A stretch of DNA of 64,000 nt from Gammaproteobacteria bacterium (lineage in GTDB: Bacteria > Pseudomonadota > Gammaproteobacteria > Steroidobacterales > Foliamicaceae), in the NCBI GenBank assembly GCA_026708965.1, contig JAPOTY010000037.1, positions 89,949 to 153,948 of the forward strand. The letters run 5' to 3'. The translations under genes and the position numbers were made by a program. This document shows, one piece after another, positions 36,644 to 45,608 of this stretch. Numbering within the stretch: position 1 is the first letter of the stretch; every line of letters begins with the position of its first letter. The notes beneath the pieces were generated by a model, which worked only from the letters and a program-made list of their open reading frames with translations, ran no database searches and had not been told where the DNA came from.

Positions 36644-37990
36644 ATGAAAACGGAAACCTGGTCGTCCACGCGCGGCTTTATCCTGGCCGCGGTGGGCGGC
36701 GCCGTCGGCCTCGGCAACCTCTGGCGGTTTCCGTACATCGCCGGCAGCAACGGCGGCAGCGCATTCGTGCTGGCGTATATCGGCTGGGTGCTGCTGCTGG
36801 GCTTGCCGCTGGTGATCGGCGAACTGGCGCTGGGGCGGCGCGGCGGAAGAAACGCGGTCCACACCATGCGCGAGGTGGCCGCGCGCGAAGGGCGCAGCGG
36901 CGCCTGGATCCTGATCGGCTGGTTGTCGATACTCGTTCCGCTGGTGGGCGTGACCTACTACAGCATCGTGGCCGGCTGGTCTCTTAATTACACGCTGCTG
37001 GCGGCGCGGGGCGCGTTCGAGGGGATCAGCGCCGACGGCTCCCGGGTGCTGTTCGGGGAGTTGTTGAGCGACCCCTTGCGCCTCATGTTCTGGCACGGGC
37101 TGTTTATCGCCATCGTGGCGGCAGTGATCGCGGGCGGGATCCGCAAGGGCCTGGAGCGGGCCAGCAAGCTGATGATGCCGGGCCTTTTCGCCCTGTTGCT
37201 GTTGCTGGCGGGCTGGGCCGCGGTCGCCGGCGATTTCAGCCGGGGAATGGCGTTTTTATTCAGCGCCGATTTTTCCGCGCTCACGTTCGACGGCGTTTTA
37301 ATGGCGCTGGGGCAGGCGCTCTTTTCGCTGGCTATCGGCGTGGGCATGCTCATCACCTATGGAGCCTACGTGCCGCGGCGCGTATCGCTGCCGCAGGCCG
37401 GCGCGCTTATCGCCGGCGCCGATTCGATGGTGGCCCTGCTCGCGGGAATGGCGATCTTTCCCATCGTTTTCGCCGTGGGCCTGGAAGCCAACAGCGGCCC
37501 CGGGCTTATCTTCGAGACCCTGCCGGTGGCGTTCGCGGGCATGCCGGGCGGCGTGCTGCTGGCAACCCTGTTCTTCGTGATGCTAAGCCTGGCCGCGATC
37601 ACAACGGGATTCGGCATGATCGAGCCGGCGGTGGCGTGGCTGTCGCGCGATACTTTCCTTTCGCGCCCGCTGGCAACGCTGCTGATGGGCTTTTTGGCCT
37701 GGGCCGCCGGCCTCGTGTTCGTGCTCTCGTTCAACGTATGGGCCGGAGTGAAGCCATTGGGCGGCGTGTTCAGCGGGATGAACTTGTTCGAGGTGATCGA
37801 TTTCGTCGTGGCCAATCTGCTGCTCCCGTCCAACGCCCTGCTCCTGGCCGTTTTCCTGGGCTATGTCTGGCCGCTCGGTTCCGCGCGCGGCGAAACCGCC
37901 TTGAGCGGCCCTTTGCTTAAGATTTGGCGCGCGTTGCTGTGGCTCGCGCCGTTCCTGATCCTAGCCGTGCTCTGGAGCCTGCTGCGCTGA
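36644..37990 (+). CDS. Sodium-dependent transporter, neurotransmitter:sodium symporter (SNF/NSS) family
   Basis: 448 aa. WSSTRGFILAAVGGAVGLGNLWRFPY is the NSS signature. Multiple TM helices. Confidence 0.9.
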   Translation: MKTETWSSTRGFILAAVGGAVGLGNLWRFPYIAGSNGGSAFVLAYIGWVLLLGLPLVIGELALGRRGGRNAVHTMREVAAREGRSGAWILIGWLSILVPLVGVTYYSIVAGWSLNYTLLAARGAFEGISADGSRVLFGELLSDPLRLMFWHGLFIAIVAAVIAGGIRKGLERASKLMMPGLFALLLLLAGWAAVAGDFSRGMAFLFSADFSALTFDGVLMALGQALFSLAIGVGMLITYGAYVPRRVSLPQAGALIAGADSMVALLAGMAIFPIVFAVGLEANSGPGLIFETLPVAFAGMPGGVLLATLFFVMLSLAAITTGFGMIEPAVAWLSRDTFLSRPLATLLMGFLAWAAGLVFVLSFNVWAGVKPLGGVFSGMNLFEVIDFVVANLLLPSNALLLAVFLGYVWPLGSARGETALSGPLLKIWRALLWLAPFLILAVLWSLLR

Positions 37991-38016
37991 CCGGAGAGCG
38001 GGCGGATGCCCTCCGG
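37991..38016 (+). terminator. Possible intrinsic terminator after the NSS transporter gene
   Basis: CCGGAG..GGGC-GGAT-GCCC-TCCGG stem followed by CTTTG. The stem is bulged and the T-tract is weak. Confidence 0.3.
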
Positions 38017-38039
38017 CTTTGCTAAACTGCTCTCCCTGT

Positions 38040-38355
38040 GCCCGGGTGGCGAAATAGGTATACGCAGGGGACTTGAGATTGAGCGCCGGTCGGGAAACCG
38101 CCCGATGCAACAGGAGTCAAATTCGGGGAAACCTCAGCGCGGCTAGGTGGTGGCAATCCCGAGCTAAGCCCCGGTTTGACGGGGAAAGTGTAGAGACTTG
38201 ACGGCTCCGGCCTACGTCGCTTGCAAGCGATAGGGCAGAGGGAAAGTCCAGACCCCAAAGGGAGCGCGCGGCGCCTCCCGCGGCGAAAGCCGTAGCGGGT
38301 AAGAAAATCCCCCGGGGGAAACCCCGTGCCGGTTCGAGTCCGGCCCCGGGCACCA
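38040..38355 (+). tRNA. tRNA-Leu (anticodon UAA) interrupted by a group I intron. Exons 38040..38074 and 38304..38355; the spliced product is 87 nt including CCA
   Basis: 5' exon GCCCGGGTGGCGAAATAGGTATACGCAGGGGACTT. 3' exon AAAATCCCCCGGGGGAAACCCCGTGCCGGTTCGAGTCCGGCCCCGGGCACCA. Joined, they give acceptor GCCCGGG/CCCGGGC, anticodon stem GGGGA/TCCCC, loop CUUAAAA, a long variable arm and T-arm GCCGG-TTCGAGT-CCGGC. The result is collinear with E. coli leuZ from memory. Confidence 0.9.
38075..38303 (+). ncRNA. Group I intron (IC3-like, tRNA-type), 229 nt, no internal ORF
   Basis: Inserted between U34 and A35, the classic tRNA-Leu(UAA) site. The 5' exon ends in U and the intron ends in G. The core strings GTCAAATTCGGGGAAACC (38116..38133) and GTGTAGAGACTTGACGG (38188..38204) closely match the Azoarcus/cyanobacterial tRNA intron core as I remember it. 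Confidence 0.8.
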
Positions 38356-38498
38356 GATCTTATTGCTGTAAGAAACCACTGCTAGAATCAAGCAAACCAA
38401 GATGAGGTGCCGACGCATACACGGATAATGCAACAGCGGGTTTGCTATAGTTGCATCCAAGATCGTTCGGGCCAAAAAGAAAGATTATTGCCCTAGGC

Positions 38499-41400
38499 AT
38501 GGTTTCAGCAAGAATCTCCGCTTTTGCCGCCCTGCTGGGGTTGGTTTTGGCGCTCTCCTATTTTTGGATGCATCGAAATGCAGTTGAAGAGACTGCGCCC
38601 GCAGCGGATACTCCAAGCCCCGAGATCTTGCTTCAGCAGGTGGCGCAAAGAACCCTGCGCGAGAGCGAGGCGGGCACCGACTTGGCCATCCCGCAAGCTC
38701 CTCCGCAGGCCGCGTCGTCCAACTTCGAGGCGGAGCCCGCCGCAAGCGGTTTGACGCTGCCGTCCGGCTACGAGCTCGCCACGCATAGGGGGGCGATGCA
38801 AAGCGCTCCATTGGAAGAAAAAGCGGACGCGCCCATCCCTCCCAATCCCGATTGGCTGGAACCGGCTATTGGCGTGGAATCCATCACGAGGCATCCGCGG
38901 GCTCTAGCGGGCGAGCCGGTGTTCGCCGCGCTGCGCGTTGCGCCGGGCGCATCCTTCACCGATTTGCGCATGCGAATCAAGCGGCTTGGCGCGCGGGTCG
39001 AAGGCGTTTCCGGCGACCACCTGCGCATCCTCGTGCCGCCGAGCGCTCAAATCGAGGCCATTGCCAGTATTCCCGGCATCCTCGGCATCGGCGTTTTGCC
39101 GTCCGCATTGAAATTCGACCGGCAGTTCGCCGAAAGCATGATATCGGCATCCGCAAGCGATGCCACTCCGGTGTTCATCACTCTGATGGGCGAAGACGGC
39201 GATGGCCGCTTGAAGCAAGCCTTGACCGGCCTTGGCGTTGTTGTGGGCGACTACGATGCCGATCTGCGCAGCTACACAGCCAATCTCCCTGCGGGCGCCG
39301 TCCGCCAGGTCGCTGCCCAGGACTACGTGATGCGCATCGAGCCGGTGCCGATTGTCACGACCTACCTAGGTTCGGGAGTGCCTGTCGTGGGCGGCGATGC
39401 GTTGCGGCGCTACAACTACGCATTGGAGGGTTTTCAAGGTTTAACCGGCCGCGGCATTGCCGTTGGCATGGTTGACACGGGTTTGAACGTTCGTCACGAG
39501 GACATGGGCTTTGGACGGACGAGCATTTGCGGCGCCAACTTTGTGCCGAGCGAGCATTGGGATCTTTGGTCGGATCGCGGTCACCACGGCACTCATGTCT
39601 TCGCCGTCATCGCCGGTGCCGGCCGCGGCGATCCGATCCGCGCGGGCATGGCGCCCAATCTCAGTCATCTGCGCTTCGCCAAGGTGCTGAGCGCCTCCGG
39701 AGGCGGAAACTTTGATGATGTCCGGCGCGGCATGACCTACTTGTCGCAAAGCACCCGTTGCGGTACCCAAAGCGGGGCCGGCCCGGCAATCAAGCCGATG
39801 GTTGTGAATGCGAGCCTCGGGTATGGCTCAATCACCGAAAAAGGCCGCGGAGTCGCGGAACGAAAAGTCGATTCCCTTGTTTACGACGGGCAACTTTATG
39901 TGGTCGCGCAAGGGAATTCGGGGGCTTTAGCTTTCTCGAACTTGAGCACGGCCAAAAACGCGCTCGCCGTTGGCGCAGTATTCGATGACGGCGCCATCGC
40001 GCCGTTCAGCAGCTACGGGCCCGCCGGCGATGGCCGCCTGATTCCCAAAGTCATGGCCCCGGGCGTGGGCATCCATGCGGCACGCGGCGGCGGAGCGCGC
40101 GATGGCTATATCGAGTTCAGCGGCACCAGCCAGGCATCGCCCGCAGTTGCCGGTCTCGCCGCGCTCTTGCTTGAGAGCGAACCCAATCTCCGCGACCGGC
40201 CGGCTTTGGTGCGGGCGCGCCTCATGGCGAGCGCCATCAAGCCCGATCCTTATCTCGAATCAGCCGAAGCGTTTCCGAGAGATAACAGCAAGGGTCCCGG
40301 CGCCATGCAGCACCAATACGGCATGGGGCCTGTCTCGGCGCTCGCGAGCATCGCATCCCTTAAGCAAGCCGATGGCTGGCATGCCGGAAGCGCGCTTGCC
40401 GCGCCGGTCGATGGCAGCTACAACCATATTTCCATTGACGTGCCCGAAGGCGCCAGCCGTCTCGACCTGGTCATGACATGGGATGAGGCGCCCGCCGACA
40501 CCCTGACCAGTTCGGTATTCAACGACCTTGATCTCTATCTCGATCTGGGCGCGGATTGCAGCGCCGGCGTTTGCGGCCAGCACGCCTCCCGGTCCAGAGT
40601 TGATAACGTCGAGTGGATCATCATCAACGATCCTGCTCCCGGCACCCACTCCGTCCGGATTGTGCCGGAGCGCCTTTATGGCGAGGCCGTCAACGCCGCT
40701 CTCGCATGGAACATCATTCGCGGCGACTCGACGCCAAAGCTTTCCTTGAAAGCGGAGGAGATTCCCCATGCAGGCGCCAACGAGCCCGTCACGTTCAGGT
40801 TCAGTGTCCATACAAGCGGCTATCTTGCCTACGGCGCAACGCTGCATTTCGGTTGCACCGATACGGTCGGGCAGGATTGCGAGGCCTTGGCGGAAGCGCT
40901 GGAGGGAGCGACCGCGCATGTCGTCCGCAAGGATCATCTCACGAGACCAGTGCCGATCCGGCTGGCCGCGCCGGACAGATCCTCAAATTCTTCCCGGTCT
41001 GTCGGGCCGGCCATCAGCCTGGGCGAGATTGCGCCGGACGATCCGAGATATCTCGAAGTGCGATTGGACAAGAATAAACTGCCCACCGGCACCGGACTTC
41101 ATGTCACAGCCAGCGCATGGAACGCCGTTTCCGCGAGCCGCACACTGTTTGCTGACAACTCCGCGCCGGTGCCCGAAAACGATGCTTTTGAGCAGCGTTT
41201 GCCCGTCATCCCTGACGAAGCGGGCGAGGTGCAGGTTGCGCTCTCGGCCGCATCCCGCGAGCCGGGCGAACCGGACGCGCGAGGCCATACGCGCAGCCTC
41301 TGGTACGAATGGCAAGTGGCGCAAAACGGCATCCACAGAATCAACCTTGCCGAAACGGATACCAACCGCCCGTCAGAGGTGTTATTCGATATCTACACCG

Positions 41401-44369
41401 GCGGGAAGATTGCGGCGCTTACCCATATCGATTCCAAAGAAGGCAGCGAAATCACATTCGCGGCGCGCAGGGGCACGAATTACCAGGTGCGCTTATCGAC
41501 CGATTCGGGAATCAATCCGGTGTTGACCATGCGCTGGGCGCCGGCCGGCACTCCGCCCGCCAATGACCATTTGGCCAATGCGGTGGTTTTGTCCGGAAGC
41601 GAAGGCGCCGTCGCTGGCGATAACAGGGACGCCACGCTTGAACAAGGCGAGTTTTGGGGCGGGCTGGCATCGAGCATATGGTATTCGTGGACCGCGCCCG
41701 CGGATGGCGAATGGGTTTTCGAGGTGCCGCCGCTGGACCCCGATCTTCCGCCGGATACCGGGCTCCCGCCGGGCTTCGAGCTTCCGCCTGATACTCAGTT
41801 GCCGGCGGGTTTGGGAAACGCTTCAGCGGGCGTGGCGGTCATGGTGTTCGCCGGCCGGTCATTGGATGACTTGCGCTTGCTCTCAAAACCCGAACCCGAC
41901 AGCGCGAGCAGGTTTCGTGCTGTGCAAGGCGAGCGCTACCATATCGCCGTTGTGTCAGAGGATGCGGGCGCCTCCACCCGTGAGTTCCAGCTGCGCTGGA
42001 GCCAGGTTGCCGCGACAGAGGACGACACTTTCGCCATTCCGCAAGATTATTTTGACCAGGCTGTGCTGCTTGAAGGCGCGGAGGGTTCGGAGTCCGCTGT
42101 TTATCTGCCCAACTTGACCAAGCAAACGCGCGAGCCAATCGAGACCGGCATCGGCACGCTCTGGTGGCGCTGGACCGCGCCCTCAAGCGGACGATTCACC
42201 TTCCTGCTTAAGGATAGCGGCCTGCAGATCAGCATATTCGAGGGCGAGGCCTTGGATACGCTCACGCTCGTTGCTCTGCGCGCAGGAAGGGCGCCGCTCG
42301 TTCTCGATGCCGAGGGCGGCCGGACCTATCGGATTGCCATCGGGCGTCCGGCCGACGGGATTAATACCCCTTACGACACTTTATTCGGGTTTCGGGTGCC
42401 TTTCGAGTTTCAGTGGGGTGCCACGCCGGGCAACGACGACCGCGCCGGCGCCAGCCGGGTGGCAGGCAGCAACGGCCAGGTTCAATTCTCCATCACGCTC
42501 GCCACCGTGGAGAACGACGAGCCGCTTGCGTTTGATACGGTTGCGCGCGAATCGCTTTGGTGGCGATGGAGCGCGCCGGCCTCGGGATGGCAGGCGTTTT
42601 CCGTCGTCGGTAATCCAGCCTGGGCCATTATTTCCGTGTATCGGGCAAACGACGACTGGACGGTCAGCCCGGAGCCAGTGGCCACCAGCGAATACACCTA
42701 CCTGGGCAACGCTCAGGTGGAAGCCGCGTTCAGGGCCCGCGCTTCAGAGCAGTATCTCGTGCGCGTCGCCAAGCGTCCCGGAGGTTTCGATGAATCGCCG
42801 CTCGATGCCCGGACACTGGCTTGGCGGGAGATTCCCGCGCCAGCCTATCTCGCCTACCGAGGCACGAACGATGACGCGCCGCAGGCCAGCAATCCGATTC
42901 GGGCGCCGGGCAGCCTTGCCATCAACGATGAAGGCGATCTCTTGTTCGCCACAGCGGCATCCGGCTTGCTTGTGTTTCACCGCAACGCCGAAAGCGGAGC
43001 GCTCCGGTTGGCGACGCTTATCGATCGTGAATCAGAAACCGATAGGCTCGACCTAAGCGCTGTCGATGAATCGACACTTTGGTGGAGCAAGCGCCACGGG
43101 CGATTATTCGCGCTCCACTCCATGCAAAGCAATGCTTTTGCCCCGCCGGTCGGGACCGCATCGAAGTGGATTCGACACGAAATCAGCGTTGAGAACGACC
43201 CGTCTCCGAGTTTTCTCGGCCGCAATGCGTTCGCCGCCACGTCGGACGACCGCTTTTTCTACGTGTCGCAAAATTCAGGCAATCAGGAGGCCAAAATCGG
43301 CGTGTATAGCGTTGAATCGGCATCGACCATCCGGCGCATGCAAAGTCTTGTCGCAACCACCCCCGAAAACGACACGGAAGTGCTTGTTGATGCGCTCGGA
43401 ATCGTGCAGCAGCTGGTCGTCTCGCCGGATGACTCGCACCTTTTTGCGGCAACCGAGTCCGCGTTATTGGTGTTTTCCATCGATCCGCAAAACGGGCAGC
43501 TTGAACGAGTGCATCATGTTTTGGTCGAGCCTGCCCCGGACACGCCTTTTGAGGAATTTTTCCGGCTATCGGGAGTTTCGCTGAACAGCGCGGCGGATCG
43601 ATTATTCGTGGCTGGCGATTTTGCTCCGCAGGTTGCGGTGTTTGATGTCTCCGAAGGTTTTTCGATTCCCCGCCATCTCGATACCTTGACAGCGTTTGGC
43701 GACGACAAAAGCTTCGCTGTGTTGTCGCATCTGGCTGGTCCGAGAGGTATAAACTTCGTGCCATGCTGGCGGATGTTCACGCAACACGGCATCGATGCCG
43801 TGGATGTGCTGTGCGAGGGCGGTCAATTTGTCGCCCTATGGGACAAAGAGGAGCAGAAGCTGCGCGTTGAGGACTGGGGCATGAGCGGTCGTCCAAACCG
43901 CTTCGACCAGATATTGCCGTTCGCGTTCCTTGGATTGACATTGCGAGGCCAGCAAGCGGCAACTAGCCCGGGCGGCGAGCATCTCTACGTAGCCGCCAGC
44001 TCGCGCGTCTGCGAGACCGACTGCATTCATATCTTTGAGCGCTCACGCACCGCAAAGGCCGATATATCGGCCAATCAGGCGCCGATCATCAACAAGCGGC
44101 TCAGAAACCAGGTCGCCATAGTCGGGCGGCCGTTCTCTTATTGGATTCCCCGCGGCGCCTTCACCGACCCCGATCGCGATATGCTCGCTTATTCAGCCTC
44201 CGGACTGCCCGCCTGGCTGAGCTTCGATACCCGTTCACTGCTATTCAGCGGTACGCCCGAAGGGCGCCACGTCACGATCGCCCCGCTGGTCATTGAAGTC
44301 GCTGCAAGCGATCAAGAGGGAGAGAGCGCAACGTTGCGTTTTGCCCTGCGGGTATTGCCCAACGGGTGA
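38499..44369 (+). CDS. Giant secreted multidomain protein: signal anchor, propeptide-like repeats, subtilisin (S8) protease, P/PPC-like domain, four PPC-like repeats, beta-propeller, C-terminal cadherin/dystroglycan-type Ig domain
   Basis: Catalytic triad motifs VGMVDTG (Asp codon 39474..39476), HHGTH (about 39585) and GTSQASP (Ser codon 40128..40130). Repeats ND..A..L....SLWY.W.AP..G run over about 41178..42785. Propeller blades cover about 42850..44045. The motif SASGLPAWLSFD...FSGTP lies at about 44075..44360. The ATG at 38499 gives MVSARISAFAALLGLVLAL; the track ORF begins at TTG 38451. Confidence 0.85.
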   Translation: MVSARISAFAALLGLVLALSYFWMHRNAVEETAPAADTPSPEILLQQVAQRTLRESEAGTDLAIPQAPPQAASSNFEAEPAASGLTLPSGYELATHRGAMQSAPLEEKADAPIPPNPDWLEPAIGVESITRHPRALAGEPVFAALRVAPGASFTDLRMRIKRLGARVEGVSGDHLRILVPPSAQIEAIASIPGILGIGVLPSALKFDRQFAESMISASASDATPVFITLMGEDGDGRLKQALTGLGVVVGDYDADLRSYTANLPAGAVRQVAAQDYVMRIEPVPIVTTYLGSGVPVVGGDALRRYNYALEGFQGLTGRGIAVGMVDTGLNVRHEDMGFGRTSICGANFVPSEHWDLWSDRGHHGTHVFAVIAGAGRGDPIRAGMAPNLSHLRFAKVLSASGGGNFDDVRRGMTYLSQSTRCGTQSGAGPAIKPMVVNASLGYGSITEKGRGVAERKVDSLVYDGQLYVVAQGNSGALAFSNLSTAKNALAVGAVFDDGAIAPFSSYGPAGDGRLIPKVMAPGVGIHAARGGGARDGYIEFSGTSQASPAVAGLAALLLESEPNLRDRPALVRARLMASAIKPDPYLESAEAFPRDNSKGPGAMQHQYGMGPVSALASIASLKQADGWHAGSALAAPVDGSYNHISIDVPEGASRLDLVMTWDEAPADTLTSSVFNDLDLYLDLGADCSAGVCGQHASRSRVDNVEWIIINDPAPGTHSVRIVPERLYGEAVNAALAWNIIRGDSTPKLSLKAEEIPHAGANEPVTFRFSVHTSGYLAYGATLHFGCTDTVGQDCEALAEALEGATAHVVRKDHLTRPVPIRLAAPDRSSNSSRSVGPAISLGEIAPDDPRYLEVRLDKNKLPTGTGLHVTASAWNAVSASRTLFADNSAPVPENDAFEQRLPVIPDEAGEVQVALSAASREPGEPDARGHTRSLWYEWQVAQNGIHRINLAETDTNRPSEVLFDIYTGGKIAALTHIDSKEGSEITFAARRGTNYQVRLSTDSGINPVLTMRWAPAGTPPANDHLANAVVLSGSEGAVAGDNRDATLEQGEFWGGLASSIWYSWTAPADGEWVFEVPPLDPDLPPDTGLPPGFELPPDTQLPAGLGNASAGVAVMVFAGRSLDDLRLLSKPEPDSASRFRAVQGERYHIAVVSEDAGASTREFQLRWSQVAATEDDTFAIPQDYFDQAVLLEGAEGSESAVYLPNLTKQTREPIETGIGTLWWRWTAPSSGRFTFLLKDSGLQISIFEGEALDTLTLVALRAGRAPLVLDAEGGRTYRIAIGRPADGINTPYDTLFGFRVPFEFQWGATPGNDDRAGASRVAGSNGQVQFSITLATVENDEPLAFDTVARESLWWRWSAPASGWQAFSVVGNPAWAIISVYRANDDWTVSPEPVATSEYTYLGNAQVEAAFRARASEQYLVRVAKRPGGFDESPLDARTLAWREIPAPAYLAYRGTNDDAPQASNPIRAPGSLAINDEGDLLFATAASGLLVFHRNAESGALRLATLIDRESETDRLDLSAVDESTLWWSKRHGRLFALHSMQSNAFAPPVGTASKWIRHEISVENDPSPSFLGRNAFAATSDDRFFYVSQNSGNQEAKIGVYSVESASTIRRMQSLVATTPENDTEVLVDALGIVQQLVVSPDDSHLFAATESALLVFSIDPQNGQLERVHHVLVEPAPDTPFEEFFRLSGVSLNSAADRLFVAGDFAPQVAVFDVSEGFSIPRHLDTLTAFGDDKSFAVLSHLAGPRGINFVPCWRMFTQHGIDAVDVLCEGGQFVALWDKEEQKLRVEDWGMSGRPNRFDQILPFAFLGLTLRGQQAATSPGGEHLYVAASSRVCETDCIHIFERSRTAKADISANQAPIINKRLRNQVAIVGRPFSYWIPRGAFTDPDRDMLAYSASGLPAWLSFDTRSLLFSGTPEGRHVTIAPLVIEVAASDQEGESATLRFALRVLPNG

Positions 44370-44392
44370 AAACGCGAAGGGCGCGGGCCGCT

Positions 44393-45271
44393 TCAGGCGA
44401 GCGCGGTCCCGAACAGGGCGAGCAGGCGGCTCCAGGCCCGTTCGGCCTGCGCCTCGTTATAGACGGCGGAATCGGGCGGGCACCAGCCATGCAGCGCCCC
44501 CTCATAGACCTCGATCTCAGCGGGAAGCCCTGCGGCCGCGAAGGTCTCGCGCAGCACGTTCTTCGCCTCGGGATCGCTGTCGTCGTCGTTTTCGGCGATG
44601 GCGAAGAGGTAGTGCGCATTCATTTCCTCAACGAGCAGATGAGGGCTGTCCGGCCCGTCGGTCACGAGCCCGCCGCCGTGGAATGAGGCGCCGGCGCCGA
44701 TGCGGTCGGAGCGCGCCCAAGCGGTGCGCATCGTCATTGGGCCGCCCATGCAGTAACCGATGGTGCCCATTCCGCGGCCGGGATCAACAGCCGCCTGGGT
44801 ATCGAGGAAATCGACAAAAGCCCGCGCGTCGGTCACGTGGGTTTCCGCGTTGAGTTGGCGATAGAGCGGAAACACCGTGTTCCTGACGGACTCGTCCTGG
44901 AAGGTTGCGCCTTCAGGCACCACCGGCGCGCGCGCCGCGCGGTAGAACGGATTGACCACCAGCACCGAGTAGCCCGACTCGGCCAGCCGCCGGCCCATCC
45001 GCCTGAAGGCCGGTCGCAGCCCCAGAATATCCGGCCATACGATCACGCCGGGATGGCTTCCGGAAGCGGGATGCGCGAAGTGGCAGTCCGCAACGCCATC
45101 GGGCGTGGCGATCTCGACGGTCCGCTCGGTGACCTCCTGCGCATCCGCTCCCCGGGGCAGCAGCATGGCAAGCCCGGCTCCTGCCGAAAGCGCGGTGAAG
45201 CGGCGCCGGCTCAACTCGTTTTGGCTGCTCAGATGCTCGCGGTTTTCCCTTAGTGTTCGATCATCGCACAT
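44393..45271 (-). CDS. Tat-exported dienelactone-hydrolase-family protein
   Basis: 292 aa. Twin-arginine signal SRRRFTALSAGAGLAMLLPRGADA. Cys nucleophile elbow GYCMGG. C-terminal HGW. Confidence 0.85.
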   Translation of the reverse strand: MCDDRTLRENREHLSSQNELSRRRFTALSAGAGLAMLLPRGADAQEVTERTVEIATPDGVADCHFAHPASGSHPGVIVWPDILGLRPAFRRMGRRLAESGYSVLVVNPFYRAARAPVVPEGATFQDESVRNTVFPLYRQLNAETHVTDARAFVDFLDTQAAVDPGRGMGTIGYCMGGPMTMRTAWARSDRIGAGASFHGGGLVTDGPDSPHLLVEEMNAHYLFAIAENDDDSDPEAKNVLRETFAAAGLPAEIEVYEGALHGWCPPDSAVYNEAQAERAWSRLLALFGTALA

Positions 45272-45326
45272 GATTTGATCCCTATTGCCGTGACGGCGGT
45301 TATCCCGGGCCGAATCTGCAGGCTGC

Positions 45327-45608
45327 TCAGCTCAGGTCGTTGATAATGCTTTCGATCAGTTCGGCGCGGGCCTTCAGACGGCCCGCGGCCTCTTCTTTCG
45401 TGGGCCTGTGGTTTTCAATCGCTTGGCGCGAAAGAGCGCCTTTCCCGCCCAGCAGTTCTTCGTGGGTGCTGATGCGGTCGCGCAGCACGCAGATTTCCAT
45501 GGCCAGCCGCCAGATCACCGCAACCAGTTGATCGGAGCTCAAATCCTCGATCTGGCGCGGGCGCGGCAGCTTGTAGGGCCGGGCCGGATCGGCGCCGATA
45601 GCGGCCAT
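45327..45608 (-). CDS. Small helical protein of unrecognised family (module copy 3)
   Basis: 93 aa. Aligns without gaps to 4180..4524 and 4729..5007 (LSSDQLVAVIWRLAMEICVLRDRISTHEELL...HRPTKEE). ATGA overlap with the stop of the upstream MTase. Confidence 0.7.
   Translation of the reverse strand: MAAIGADPARPYKLPRPRQIEDLSSDQLVAVIWRLAMEICVLRDRISTHEELLGGKGALSRQAIENHRPTKEEAAGRLKARAELIESIINDLS

Noticed and set aside
35512-36867. 451-aa minus-strand ORF. The 405-aa (47571..48788), 296-aa (49870..50760) and 396-aa (51524..52714) minus-strand ORFs are similar cases
   Set aside because: All are antisense to strongly supported genes (aminotransferase, MDR dehydrogenase, ccmB/C, ccmF) and have low-complexity Arg/Gly/Pro/His-rich translations.
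38072-38078. Reading the unspliced loop CUUGAGA as a tRNA with anticodon UGA (Ser-type)
   Set aside because: There is no matching 3' anticodon-stem strand right after it. The stem partner TCCCC lies 229 nt downstream. The body (long variable arm, leuZ-like sequence) is Leu, giving anticodon UAA after splicing.
38022-38475. Three 78-87-aa minus-strand ORFs
   Set aside because: They overlap the tRNA-Leu exons and the group I intron. The RNA-gene interpretation accounts for the sequence.
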